Part shown: positions 1-13,929 of the stretch, piece after piece
How positions within the stretch are numbered: the stretch's first letter is position 1
Layout: each line of letters begins with the position of its first letter
Assembly (NCBI RefSeq): GCF_006345805.1
Contig: NC_042997.1
Span: 137,082,001-137,146,000, forward strand
Direction of reading: 5' to 3'
DNA length: 64,000 nucleotides
From: Octopus sinensis
Lineage: Eukaryota
Translations under genes and position numbers: made by a program
Notes under the pieces: model-generated
What the model was told of the DNA's origin: nothing
Databases searched by the model: none
What the model saw: the letters and a program-made list of their open reading frames with translations, nothing else

Positions 1-1258
1 TCTGGTAAGAAGCTGCAGGTGAAATACCTAGCCAAAGATAAACCTCTGTACCTGGCTTTCATTGACATGGAGAAAGCCTTTGACAGGGTCTCCCAATCCC
101 TTACCTTGTGGTCAATGAGAAAACTAGGGATAGATGTATGGTTAGTGAGAGCTGTGCAAGCCATGTATAGGGACACTGTAAGGTGAGGGCTGGCAATGAG
201 TACAGTGAAGAATTCTGGGTAGAAGTCCACCAATGTTCAGTCCTCCAGGCAATAACAGAGGAATTCAAGACAAGATGCCCCTGGGAGAGGTGACCAAATC
301 AGTAGCAGAGGAGGGTGCACTGAAAGTGTAGCTGCTAGAATAAGAATAGCCTGGGCAAAGTTCAGAGAGCTCTTACCTCTGCTGGTGACAAAGGGCCTCT
401 TGGTCAGAGTAAAAGGTTGACTGTATGACGCATGTGTACGAACAGCCATGCTACATGGCAGTGAAACATGGGCTGTGACTGCTGAGGACATGCGTAAGTT
501 CACAAGGAACGAAGCCAGTATGCTCTGATGGATGTGTAATGTCAGTATGCATACCTGTGGAAGAGGTAGACCCAGGAAGACCTGGGATGAGGTAGTGAAG
601 TATGACCTTCAAACATTAGGCCTCACTGAAGTAATGACTAGTGACCAGGACCTTTGGAAATATGCTGTGCTTGAGAAGAGCTGGCAAGCCAAGTGAGACC
701 ATAACCTCGTGGCCTATGCCAGGGGTGTAACTAGACCACTTATGCGTACCTTTCCTTAATTGGACACTAAACTCTGCTTGTGAAGACCTGTTGAGGCAAG
801 TGAAATCGAATGATTGGCATCCGTGCTAGTGGAGCGCTAAGAGCACCATCCAAGCATGATCGTTGCCTGAGCAGTAAACTGGCTTTCATGCTGGTGGCAT
901 GTAAAAAGCACCATTCGAGCATGATCGTTACCAGCATCACCTTACTGGCATGTGAAAAAACATTCGAGCGAAGTTGTTTCCAGTGCTCCTGGACTGGCTC
1001 CTGTGCAGGTGGCACATAAAAAAAACACCATTTGAGTGTGGCCGTTGCCACTACTGCCTGACTGGCCCTCGTGCCAGTGGCAAGTAAAAGCACCCACAAC
1101 ACTCTCAGAGTGGTTGGTGTTAGGAAGGGCAACCAGCTGTAGAAACTCTGCCAGATCAGATTGGAGTCTGGTGCAGCCATCTGGTTCGCCAGTCCTCAGT
1201 CAAATTGTCCAACCCATGCTAGCATGGAAAGCGGACGTTAAACGATGATGATAATGAT
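1..1258 (+). mobile_element. RTE-clade LINE, decayed 3' part with internal deletions
   Basis: RT-like remnants (LYLAFIDMEKAFDRV; ARIRIAWAKFRELLPLL; MLHGSETWA; GRGRPRKTW), ~60-bp tandem units in the 3' UTR, terminal CCATGCTAGCATGG palindrome and (GAT)n tail. Confidence 0.9.
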
Positions 1259-1853
1259 ACAATTCAATGGATATGAAAAGTAAGAGAGATTATTGTCAAC
1301 TGAGAATTAATATTTATTTTACATAGTAATTAATGAATAATAGCATTACTAGGTACAAGTTTCCAAAGAGGACAATCGCTTTAATGTATTTATTTTATCA
1401 CAAAGGAGTTCTTTAGTCCAGAACAAATATCACAAGAGGCTTTGTTTGATAAGTGACATTTCTCAGATTGCTCATCAAAGACTATATACAATAATGGGCT
1501 TATACAATTTTCATGTACCAAAGTCTTCTCACCACGAACTGGTTTGTCTGAGACTACAGTAGAGGATCCTTTCCTAAAACATGCTGTACAGAGGGATCAA
1601 AGTCAAAACCAAGTAGTTGCAAAGCAAACTTCACAACCACACAATATCTGATGGATGTTAAAATAAAAAAAGAGAGAAAACAGCAAATGTAAAACCAGAT
1701 TTATTAACAATATTGATCAAAACTTTTGACTACATTTGTTGCATATTAAAACTGAGTTTACCACTGATTTTCTTTCCAATAATTTTTAGTCTTCATAAAG
1801 TCATTAGTGGTAAATTCATATCTTCATAAATTAAAACTGCTACAATGAAGCCA

Positions 1854-4800
1854 TTATACAGATATTCCTAAAACAAAAAAAATGATAGTTATTCAACTAA
1901 ATGATAAAATAAGTTTTTAAAATGTCTTTTGTAAAAAAAATAAATATTACTAACAGCATATCGACATGAGGAAACTTGAATCCTAAAATGATACAAGTAA
2001 TCAAATTGCACTTTCAGATCCCAATAGATTTAAAGCAAACATTGGTTTCATAATATTACTTGGTTTTCAGTTCTAGTGAAGGTTGTGATGAAGCAACAGT
2101 TTTCACAGTAGCCATAGTAAATACAGATAAAAATACTAAACTATATGATGTGGAGTAAATGAAAATCAGCAGGGATGTCATAATCTCACAATTATCAAAA
2201 TGTCAAAAAAAAAAAAAGTTAACAGAAAGAAAATATATTTATAAATTTTCTTTTACCCCATCATAATACTTTTCTTCACTTGTCGATTTAATTTCTGCTT
2301 GTTTATGGTCCTTCTTTTTATTCTGGATTTAGATTTTGATGGTTGAAATAAAATAGCAGATCAATCTATTACAATATTAAATCCAACCAGAAAGTAGTTG
2401 AGTTGAAATTCCATTTGTTTTTTTTAATGTATACACAAGTAATGAAAAACTTACACAACTAAGAAGTGAGTCTTATAGCAAAGAGGGATTCCATGCAGAA
2501 AGTTCTTGTTAACATTATAAGGAATAATTTTTTTTATTAACACCCGCTAGTCTTCAGATCAACTATTAAGAAATAATCTGAAGCTAAAGTGAAACTTATG
2601 AGTAGCATAAATTGAAAGGTTAATAAAAATTTGATGTTCTTTCTGCCAAAAACTTGAATACAATTGATATTTATTTTTCATCTTCCTAAGGTCATGCCAA
2701 TGCAAAAAAAAAAAAAAAAAAAAAGAACACCTGACAAATACCCAAATTTACTTAGACATGAACCTAAATCTTGATGCCGTATGATTTTATTCTTTTTGAA
2801 ATCATTATAAGCTCAAATTAGAGACCAAACCATAAACCCCCTTGAACCTGAAGATCTCTTAATACAAACTAAATAAAATACTAAATTAAGAGAAAAGTGA
2901 TATATACAAAAGTATTTGTCTCTAATTTCAGTGGAAACTGGTACTTAGGCAAGCCACTGATTATGGCATTTGCTTACATTTTCATTTTGACTTTAAAACG
3001 TCAGAAATATTAATTTGCATCATCTACAATAAAACTGAAATATTTTCTTTCAGTATTATCAGTATACTATGAGAGAAAACTTTCAATTTTGTTTTCAGAA
3101 TTAGCTGCTATTACTGGTGTCATGAAACTGTCAGAAAAGGGGATGCAAGGAAGTTATTTAATTTACTTTTTGTAACTAAAATTAAGTGCCAAAAGTTGCT
3201 AATAACATCTGTTCGAAAAGAGATCTCCATGTCAACTTATCATCATTTAACATCCATGTTCTATGTTGGCACAGGTTGGATGGTATGACAATCTGATGAG
3301 TAGGAGGACTGCTTCATGCTCCAATGTCTGCTTTGGCATGGCTTCTACACTTGGATGCACTTCCTAACACCAACCACTTTACATTGTAGACTGGGTGCTT
3401 TTTCATGCCCGCTTTCACAATTGAGACTGCCATACAGTTTACAAGACTACAGACTTAAGAAGATCATCCTCATGTTAGGAGATGATGGATTACTATGAGA
3501 GGAGCAGATTCTTATTGAGGGATCTGCATAGCTATTCATATCTAGCAAGAGAAAATGATTAGTAGGAGCTGCAAGAGATTAGCAATGAGGTGCTCAGGTG
3601 GTGCCACAAGGCACAAGCTGAGTAGAAGTTGGTGGACGGTTTGCATGGGAAGGAGAATGAGGGGATTGGAGCAAACTGTCAAAATGGGTAGAGTTGAAAA
3701 CAATGAGCTGGGGAAGATAGAGAAATGACATAGTTGAATAGTCTTTAGGAGCCAGTGGTGGTGAAGGCAGGCATAATGCATGTGAGGAGAGGGAGAGTCA
3801 TTGTAACATGGGTAGAAAGCACTTTCAGAACTGTTCTGATGAGGAGTCGTCTTTTGAAGGACCACAGATCACTAGAGACCTCAGTCCTTAGTCATCTTTT
3901 CCATTAGGCTCAGGATCCTGAGGTCAGCTTTCAGCATTTCATCCCATGTCTTCCACTTCCGGAAACAAATAGATAAAGTTTAGTTTTTGACAGCACAGCC
4001 ACAAGATAGCTTGAGCTTTGCTATCAAGTAACTTCATTGTGAATTGTCTTATCAGGGTACAACATTTAAGCTATCTAAAATATTAAGCACATGAAAATGA
4101 TGTTACAAGGAGTCAGTTATAATACTTGCTCAACTGCTTACCTGTATCAAACCTAATAAAGTTATGAACACCATTAAATAACATAATACTGATACAGTGG
4201 AAAATTTTTGATGGGTGTTAAAAAACAAATAAAAAATATATTTACCATTTTGTTGCTTGCATAATTTAATAGCCTCATTAAATCCTGAACATAAAGAGAT
4301 ATCATTTTGATTTTGAGCACATTCCATAAATTGCTTGATTTCCCATTCACATGTATTTGCATGTGCGGATCCTGCAGGTTGTGGGTAAATTGGTTCAGGA
4401 GAAGCTGCTTGCTGTGCTGGTGAAGCAACTTCATTACTTGAGCCACTAAATGATCCAGTTAAAGCATGTCCCACTGTGTGACCCTAGAAAGATTGTAAAA
4501 TAAAGCAATTTTAGTTTTTTTTTTATTTTCCTATCATTTAATAAAGCCATTAAATTTTATTTACAATAAAAGGAATAACTGAAGTTCACAGATTATAACT
4601 GTAGTTTTAAAGAACAACAAAAACAAACTACCCTGCACTAATTATTTCTATTGCTTCATTCCAATAACTTGGAAAAGTTCAGAACTTTGCAATCAGTAAG
4701 TGTAAATTAAAAATCAGGGAGCAGAAGAATAGGTTTTAATAAACAGAACTGTTTTAAAATATATTTTTTTAAATATTCACTTAAAAAGTTGCCTTATTTA

Positions 4801-7800
4801 ACTGTTGAGCTAATTCATTACAGTTTTAGCAAATTACCATGTAGATAAAAAGTTTACTTCACAATTGTGATTCCAGATACAATCCTGCTGTGCAGAACTT
4901 TTAGACAAGTGGTTTCCACCATAGCCTCAGAATAACCAACACCTTGTAAGTGGAATTTATTGAAAGGGGCGTATGTGTGTGAGAGAGAGAGAGAGACTTT
5001 GTTCTTGTGTCCAGGCTAGCATGGGTTACACAAATACACATCACAGATAAGTGTAAACAAAAATATTTAGTGGTATTTGTTTCATCCAGGTTACACATAC
5101 ACACTTGGTCATTCTTGTCATCAAAATGGCTCCTTGCAAACTTGTTTAAAAAGATATAAAAATACACAGTAGATTGCAACACTTTGGTAAGAATTCATAA
5201 AAAGTACGAAACAAAATACTCACAACAGCAGAGCCCACAGCAACACCTGCAGCTGTGGAAGCCATGTGTGCAAAAAGTCCCGGTTGTCGAGGAGCTGCAA
5301 CTGCAGAAGGTTGAGCAGGAACAGGAGCTGGAGCTACAGGCCTGGAAATAGGAGCTGGAGCCATTGGCCTGAAAAGTATTTGAAGAAATAAATGAAGCAA
5401 ATGCAATCTCTGCCCATAATGGAACTAACTAATCATAAGTCATAACTAGATGAAAGCAAAGCTGTGTGGGTAAAAAACTTGCTTTCTAACCACATGGTTT
5501 TGATTTCAGACTCACTGTGCAACACCTTGTAGAAGGTGTCCAACAGAAGATACTTGAACAAGTGTCTTCTGCCACGTAAGTCGAGTAAAAGGAAAATGAA
5601 AGATATCCATATGTTTTACATTTGAGTTTTCCAAAAATCCCTTACTTCAAAAGCATGTAAAGGTTAATGACATGAAATCCATCCAGCTTTAAAACAATGC
5701 CTCAGTAATATATTTGTTTAGCCCGTGCTAATGTGAGAAAGACTATTAAAATACCCAACAAACATAATTTATGTGACATATCTGAGAGTAGCAAGCAGTC
5801 AGGATACTAGTGAAATAAATTCTAAGGTTTGAGAAGGCTTCATAAAATTATTTGACAATTTCTGTTACTGAAATTACTTAATCAGCATTAGAGGAGGGTG
5901 TTCTGAAAGTATAGAAGCCAGAATAAAAACAAGTAGAGAAAAGTTCAGGTAGCTATTAGCAACAAAGGAATTCTACTTTCAAGTGAGAAATAAATAGTAT
6001 GATGCATGTTTACAATATATGAATTTGAATGATAGCAAGACATGAGCACTGAATGCAAAGGATGGGTGAAAGAATGTTTAATGTCAATGATGGGGTCCAA
6101 TCAAATGGAGAGAAAATCTGAATATAAGAATTACATGTCATGTGATATGGACATGTAATGCATATGCATGATGATAGTTGGATAAAGAAGTGCCAGGTGA
6201 TCCAAGTAAAGGGGAATAGTGACACAGACAAAGGTAAGAGCCGAAGTGATGCAAACTTATCTCAAGATACTGAACTTCATAAAGGAGATGCCAAAAGAAT
6301 ACAGGTGGGAATATTCTGTATTGGAGAACACCTATCCAGCCTATTCAAGCAATGATGATGATATACATTAGATACAGTTTACAGGATGGATTTTTAGTTA
6401 CAAGTTTCACAGTTGAATGAAATAATGCCCCAAAATAACATACATCCAAAAGGTAATCATCCTAATTACACATAAATATCAGAGTGAACATATTCAGAAG
6501 TAATTATGAGGAATTGAGATTAAGGTATTTGCCTGAATAACCCTGCTGGATGCATCCTGTAAACTCATCATTTAACATCTGTCTTCCATGTTTGGCATAG
6601 GTTAGACAGTTTGATAGAATTCAATGAGCTGGAGGACTGCATTGAGCTCCAATATATGCTTTAGCATAGTTTCTGTGGTTGAATGCCCATCTTTATGACA
6701 ACCACTTTACAGAATGCATTCGGTGCTTTTTTTCATGACGTTTTCAGAGACATGAAGGATGAAGATCATGATACAGGCAAAAACAAAGAATATTAGCAGA
6801 AATATTGTTAAAGCTTATGCCACAAAAATATGCACTTTTAGTCATTTAGTGTTCATCTTTATTGTTATCTTCATCGAAGTTGATCAAAACTGGTTTGATT
6901 GACAAACAGCTATAACACAAATAGATCATCATCATCATTAATGTCCATTTTCCATGCTGGCATGAGTTGGTCAGTTTGATAGAAAACTGTTAAGTCAGGG
7001 AGCTGCACCAGGTTCCAATTTGATTTGGCATGGTTTCTACAGCTGGATGCCAACCATTCCAAGAATGTAGTGGGTGCTTTTTACATGCCATTGCCACGAC
7101 TACGATCTCACTTTACTTGACAGGTCTTGACAAGCACGGTATATTGTCAAAGGTCTCGGTCACTTGTCACTGTCTCTATGAGGCCCAATGCTCGAATGGT
7201 GCTTTTTACATACCACCAGCATGGGTGCAGGTCAGACAGCATTGGCATTGACTACAATTCCACTTGGCTTGAGAGGTTTTAAGCACAACATATTGCCCAA
7301 CATTTGAAGGGCACTTTTTACATGACAGTTATGTAACACTGGCATCGGCCATTTAAATGAAACTATTAAAACTATAGAATACTATTTCCAAGAAAAAATG
7401 ATAAAAAGTTGTAATTCTGAAATTTTTAATGCAAGTTATTTTTTGGCTGTTAAGTTTATTGTTTGTGTAATAAAAGAAATTGTTAATACACTAGCAATAA
7501 ATCAATTGATTATATACATAACTTGGAAAAAAAAAAGTTTGAATATATAGGTCTAGTCTTCAAACTGATAGAACCCACTAAAGATGATTTGCTGATATTA
7601 TTATTAAGTGGGCAATAGAAAACATTCTATCAACACTTTGACTGCCAACTACAAGTTATCTCGTAGTTGGCAATCTATACAATTTCGCCAGGTACAAGCG
7701 TACTCATAGAGGTCAATTTTATAGTAATGCGCTTAAAATGAACTGATGTCTGGAACTAACATTGTATGTTGTGGAAACACTAAAGACACCCTTTATTTGC

Positions 7801-10800
7801 CCAATGATACGAGTTAACTCGTATTATGGCACCTGCCAGGAAATATATTTGGTAAAACATCTATATATATATCAGGTATAAGAAAAAAAACATTTCCTTT
7901 GTCATTTGTTGCAATTTTTTACATTTGGGTTGTAATAGCATATAAAAGTTTAATTCTTCTAAATTGAAATACATTATAACAAGAAAAATTGAGCGTAAAG
8001 TGAAAAAAATACATACAGAAAGATAACTAAAAATATTTTGTTATTGAAGCTTACAACTGGAACCAATTTTTATTTCTTTTTTAACTAATTTGAAATGAAA
8101 GAAAACAGTTTTATTCAAAAAATTATAGACAGAATGTCAAATTATTCTGCGTGGAATGCCTTGAAACACTTTTCTATGCACAAAGCTGGTTTCTCTGGGT
8201 ACGCAGCATAAGCGTACCTAGTTTCTTTACGAAGTTTCTTTCGTGTACACACCCTGCATGGTTTGGTTGGCCTTTGTTTCTTTTCCATAGGTAGAATTGC
8301 TTCCAAGTAGTAGAAATCTTCTACTGCTGGAACTGGAGTTTCTTTCCATTTATGTTCACCAAGCACATACAGCACTACATTATCTCTAAACTTTACAAGT
8401 TTCATTTGAGTGTTTTCTACTTGTGGGCATTATGGATGAGAATTTCAAAGACATGTAGACCAATTTTCTTGTACCAACGGAGTGTTTTCCGAGGACAAGA
8501 ATAATAGGAAAGCATTTGATCTGATCTATCTACTCCTGACATACCGTTGTTATAATCTCTTACAATACTGGGCTTTTTTTTATTTTTTCTGTTACAATTT
8601 ATCACGTCTACCATTTCCACTTGGTGCATATTACTAATTGTCTTCCCATTTGCACACAACTACTTCGTCTGATCTTATCCATTCTGATTCTTCTTTCTTC
8701 AACTTTTTTTTTTACCAAATCCTTCGGGTTGTCTTTTCGAGTAAACCAAGAGTTCCACACATATATATATGTAGATCGCTGTGACATTGCTTTTGTCAAG
8801 GGAACAGAGTTGTAGTAATTATCTGTGTACAGAATATAACCTTTATCAAGGAACTCATCCATCAGACTAAGCATAACTTGACCTGAATAGATTAGAATTT
8901 TTTGAACAATACCACTTGATTCACACAGTTCATACAACTTTACACCATAGTTATGTCTCTTGTTCTTTATATACTGGTGAAATACTAACTGACCACGCCA
9001 AAGTACCATGGACTTGTCAATACAAACTTCTCTCTCTGGGATGTATAATTCTTTCATAATATTATTGTAATATATAAGAACGGGATTAATTTTATACAAA
9101 CGATTACCATTATTTTCTTCATTGTTTGAAAAGTGAAGAAATCGGAGCAGCAACCGAAAACGATTCTGACTTATTATCGATGGAAAAAGACGATATTTGT
9201 ATAAAATGTTAGTGGACCAATAACTTTCTACAGATGGTTTAGGACATGTACCCATTTATAACATCAGGCCAAAGAAACACTTCATTTCTGTCACATTTGT
9301 TGTGTCACTCTTTGAACCAGGATGATCTTCGTACAAGACCCTGCTGTTGATCTAATATCTGCATAGCATAAGCATTAGTTTCCTCAACTAATACAGTCCA
9401 AAATTCATCTGTCAGAAATTGGTTGATAACTCCTCCTATAGTGTTAAGTTCAATCTTCAGTCCTGGAGTTGCAGTGAAGGGAAAATTAAGTGGATTTATC
9501 GCTGCATTTGATCAAGTATTAGATGTACCTATATACCACCACACAAAATATTTCAGCTTTCTGATTTGAGAAAGTTAATAAAATCCTTTTGGCAAATAGA
9601 AGCAGATCATATCAATATCCTGTGGCAGGCGTGTTAAGCTGTTTTTCATCAGGTGTTCCTATATGGCTTAAGACGGCATATTAGAGAAGGAATAATAGAG
9701 CCAAAAAATTACTTTTAGATTGTTTGGCCGTGGGTCAGCACTGATCAGGTAGGCCTAGCTCAAAGTCATTCTGGCCGTGACCACTCAGTCTTTTTCCAAC
9801 GTTTAAGAAACAGATCACATTACCTAACATATCAAGACGTGCAGATGCCATTTGAGGTAGATTTGGCTTCTTTTGCTAGCAAGTTGAATAACCACGTAGA
9901 AGCTTGTAGTCTTGTTGGTTGAAGTAAAACGCAATGGTGAAAAAAATTGTGGTAAATGCAGCAATTCGACCTGGTCGACAGTCGTTATATAACTATTAAA
10001 TATGACCATCTTGACAAATGGGAGAAATTTTGATTGAAGCACACCAGAAAATTCCAAAAAATATAGTTGAGGAGCTATATAGTATGCTTAAACCAGAATT
10101 CCGCCGACAAATGATGGATTCCAATAACAATAGTTATGTATAAAATACACTGTTTGGTTGTATTCAATAAAGACATGTCCTTATATTTGCTATTAAGTCA
10201 CTCATAATTCCAGATTGTTGACTGAAAGTGTATATGCACCTCAACTGCTTATATTACGCAATTACATAGGAAGTTACGTAAGTAAACATGTTGAAATACT
10301 AAGTCCCAGAGCTAATCATTGATATAACAAACGAGGGAGCCTCTACGCAGTTGCTCGATATGCTAGAAATGGTAGCTATAACTCCCTCAAATTACCTTAA
10401 AAGTGTATATCATAGGAAAGGAAAAGGATAGTTTTTTCTTTCATTTTTTAAAATAGTGTTCCCGAGCTTCATACGTTGGAAATCTCGATTATTTTTAAAT
10501 TTTGCCCCCAACTTCTGTTATTCTCTCCATGCGGTATGGGATTCCGACTAATGATGACCTGTAGCTAAACGACAACTACCCGAAAGCTTCAGAAACACAT
10601 GAAATCATTCCTTGCCAACCAGAGAGCAAGGCTCGTCGTGGTCACCCCAGATGATGGAAATATCAGCCAAATCTCAATAAAACCCTAACGTAAAGCTGTT
10701 GGGGAAAGAAATGATCATGAGAAAAAAACTGCAATTGTCATGGTTAGACTATGCCTTTGATACTAAGTTTGCTCGATCACACCTATGACATGACGCCTGT

Positions 10801-12029
10801 TAAACCTAAGCATACTAAGAGATTGTTATGGTTAATCGATTTTACTCCATAACACGTTTTAAAACGAACATAATTTACACATGCCTTTAAAATTACACGA
10901 GTTGTTTATTTTGCTGCAGGTGAGTTCTAATCGATCTATAAAAGATCCAGGACCATGAATTTATTATGATTTTTTTTTTTCATCATATATACAGAACCAC
11001 ATTAACCAATGAAACCTTCCTTTTCTTAAGACGGTAGGTGTGATTCGTGAGATACGGCTGTTATTTCCACCAGAGCCATCGATTACGCATATGCTTCGTC
11101 AGAGAAAATTGTTTTATACTGAGATTATTTTAAGCAACATTTGTTCCCCAACAAATCCATTTTATTTTATTGGATAAAAATTTTTTTTTAAATGTTTTGT
11201 TACAGAGTAAGGGCTAAAGGTTAGGGTTAGAAGATGTTAAAAAATAGGACTGGAAAAGTAAGATAAAAATAAATACAATGAGAGCTCAACAAAAATGTAG
11301 AGTTATTATAACCAAATGCTATATCTAATGATTAGTAATGATTAACTGAAATCTTTGAAAATTGATTAAATTAGTAGTTTTATCATTTTGAAATTTAAAT
11401 AGTAATATCTAAAATATTATTTTTAAATATCATTACTATACGAGAAACTATTCTTTAAGCGTGGTTTATGTGTAGCTGATCATCATCTTGAGTGATTGCT
11501 TCAAATCGAAATTCGAATTATAATACATTGCTGACGCAATTATTGTTAACGTTAACTAATATTCACTATTTCCGGGTAATTTATTCAAATACCCGTGAAA
11601 AATCTGAGTTTAAAAGAAGAAAAATAATTTTCAAAAATTAATCAAGAAATACAGTTTTCACTAACACATGTACTAATTAGATACACTATATTTCCTATAA
11701 TCAATCAGGAAAAAAATTATTTGAAAGAATACAAATAAGTAAAAAGGTACTAATTTGTTAAATTTCGTACCCATTTTTTTTTTTTTTACTTGCAACTGAA
11801 CTTAAAGGTTAAATTGAGTGACCGTCAAGTATCTTTAAAAACAATTGTCAACAAATATTTCAACAAAGCGAAATTAGAAATAAAGGACACGCAAATCTAC
11901 GTGCCATCTATCAAAAAATCAGCGAAAAAACAATAAGAATTGCTCCTAAATTTATATAGGGTTTACAGAAGGAAATGAAAATAGTTTTTTCATTTACCTG
12001 GATGACATTGAACGTCCTCGTCGCGGCAT
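1854..12029 (-). CDS. CHCHD2: CHCHD2/CHCHD10-like mitochondrial intermembrane-space twin CX9C protein (142 aa, 4 coding exons)
   Basis: Hand-spliced complement(join(1854..1867,4246..4483,5224..5368,11998..12029)) = 429 nt, all introns GT-AG with consistent phase. Protein: MPRRGRSMSSRPMAPAP...[33 protein letters not shown]...CEWEIKQFMEC...CSGFNEAIKLC KQQNGISV*. The central hydrophobic helix and two CX9C motifs are diagnostic of the family. The 14-nt terminal exon is the least certain part. Confidence 0.93.
3238..3420 (-). mobile_element. RTE 3'-end or RTE-tailed SINE fragment
   Basis: (CAT)n followed by a degenerate reverse complement of the RTE 3' terminus. Confidence 0.6.
5850..6362 (+). 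mobile_element. Old decayed RTE LINE fragment
   Basis: Degenerate similarity to the 1-700 RTE segment (GGCSESIEARIK; YGHVMHM.DDSWIKKC), ending in a (GAT)n tail. Confidence 0.6.
6926..7350 (-). mobile_element. RTE 3' UTR fragment
   Basis: (CAT)n...TTTTCCATGCTGGCATG and 3' UTR repeat units in reverse orientation. Confidence 0.75.
7630..9637 (-). mobile_element. piggyBac (PGBD4-like) DNA transposon with a frameshifted transposase, in CHCHD2 intron 1
   Basis: ORFs 8608-9255, 8417-8659 and 8142-8405 carry the catalytic-Asp contexts CIDKSM, YTDNYY and GVDRSDQ plus a C-terminal Cys-rich domain (CRVC...ALCIEKCF..FH). Ends TCAACAC..TGCC (7630) and GGCA..GTGTTAA (9637) resemble TTAA-flanked TIRs. Confidence 0.9.
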
Positions 12030-12110
12030 CTTGGAAGCAGTTTTAAATGCTTTCAAAATTAGTGGAGGTTAAATATTCTCTCGTTTTCTAGAGCTGAGAG
12101 GAACTAAATT

Positions 12111-12138
12111 CTGATTGGATATATTTTGTGACGTCACA
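12111..12138 (-). promoter_or_regulatory. CHCHD2 proximal promoter: CCAAT box and palindromic CRE/ATF site
   Basis: ATTGG at 12114-12118 (CCAAT on the gene strand) and TGTGACGTCACA at 12127-12138 (TGACGTCA core), 85-110 bp upstream of the ATG. Confidence 0.6.
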
Positions 12139-13929
12139 TCACTGGAGCAAATTCTAGGCCTTATCCGATAGAGAAATTTTGTGTTTAAGAAATGTATTAC
12201 GAAATAATATGATCGTAGGACGTAATTTTAATAACCATTTCAGTTCTCAGATTAAATAAGTGCTGTTGAACGTAGAGTTAAAGGTGATCTTTTATTTTCA
12301 GTACTTAAAGCAAAATGTCACCGAGTTCAAATATTTCAAGTTGGTAGCATTCTAAAATATGTTCTTAAGAAATACAATATGTAGCACCTTATCCCGTAGT
12401 CCGTTCCGTCTTATGATTTGATGGAGATTTCGTTGCCATTTCTAGCAAGCCGAGTGACTACGTGACTGCTATTCACCGGCTCGTTCCGAAGGTGAAAGAT
12501 CAAAGGATTAGCTATTACAGCATTTATGAGGTGACATCTTAAAAAAGAGCGAGCTTTTCAACATCTACATTCGTGTGGTGGACATAAAAAAAGGGTTAAG
12601 CTCTTCATTAATCGAGTTTACAACTTTACTTTCATCCGTTAAAACTATTTAATGTCCGTCATTAATGCTTTTGGCTTGTTTGCAACTGCCCATTTCCCTT
12701 TTTTCAAGAAATTGCAGACAAATTTTCTTAACCTCAGATTCCCCTATAAGATAGTATATCCTATGGCCTAGCTTATTCTACCGCCACTCACAACAATAAT
12801 GTTACTAAAAGGTTGAATAGAATCATTGGTTAAAAGAATTCCAGATAGTTGAAAAATGATGCCTGGAGGTATCCGAAAATTTTCAGGTATTGTGTCGAAA
12901 TGAAACAATGCAGTAATGACGAGATTTTGACACGTGTTACAAACTATTTGACTAATGACTTAGTATTTCTGTATATTATCAAAGTTGGAAATAGAATGAA
13001 ATGGTATTGTTCACTTGTTTATTCGAAAGCGTCGAGATAAACAACAGTTTTATCAGACGTTTAGTTCATTTAATCAATTATACCAAATATGATATCTTAC
13101 GTCAATGTTAGCATTTCACAATTAGTGGTCTCATGGGTAAGCATATTTTAAAAAATTGTTTCTGACAGCCAAAACTATAATTTGTTTCATTAGCATTTTC
13201 TAATTTTAACAATGTTATGTATTTTATTACATCGAACATCGACAAGATAGGAAATTTGGATACCGTCTTATCAGATTTATGAATCGAAGAAAAGAATCAC
13301 AATATAAGAAACAGAAAACTAGTTAAACTGAAATAATACTTTGAGCAGGTTTCTTATCCCAATGGGAGCCATTCTATTTATGCCATTCAATGTCCTCGGA
13401 AAAGGTATTATCACGGCATCATGAGTATTCCAACTGTCATAATTTTGATAAAGGATTATAATATTACCTCTAAACCCTAAATGTCTGCGCTTTTTTTTCC
13501 TGTGATGCATACAAACTAAAATAATGAGAAGGGTGTAAGTGCGGGAATGAAATGTGCTTAGAAGGTGCACACTCAAGTCCAATACAGGATGTTCAAAGCG
13601 TTTTCATTGCCCCTCCTCACAAAAAAAAAAAAAACTTTTAAGGGTACGCTTGCACCCCACGTCCTCGAGGAGAGGGTACTTCTACCTGTTAGAAATATCA
13701 GCTAAATTCCTTCAAATAACCCTGCCTTAAATGAGACACAGTAGATAATATTGTTGTTGATACCTTAGAAACAGAATGCCAATCCTTTTTTAATAATAAA
13801 CTACAAAAGCCTAACCAATACTAGGTGCAACAATATTGCCTTCGTCCACGTTGCTGAGGGTAATAGATCAATGGCGTCTGACACATGATAGCAAGTCTCT
13901 GATATCACTAACCATATAGAAACCGTTCT

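Noticed and set aside
237-1248. Numerous 60-140-aa ORFs here and at 21-22 kb, 26 kb, 29-32 kb, 46-47 kb and 52 kb
   Set aside because: Alternate-frame or antisense readings of RTE fragments, recurring in each copy.
4130-4245. Hydrophobic C-terminal tail on the CHCHD2 ORF 4130-4474
   Set aside because: Read-through past the G|GTAAA donor at 4245 into AT-rich intron; a short terminal exon at 1854-1867 fits the family better.
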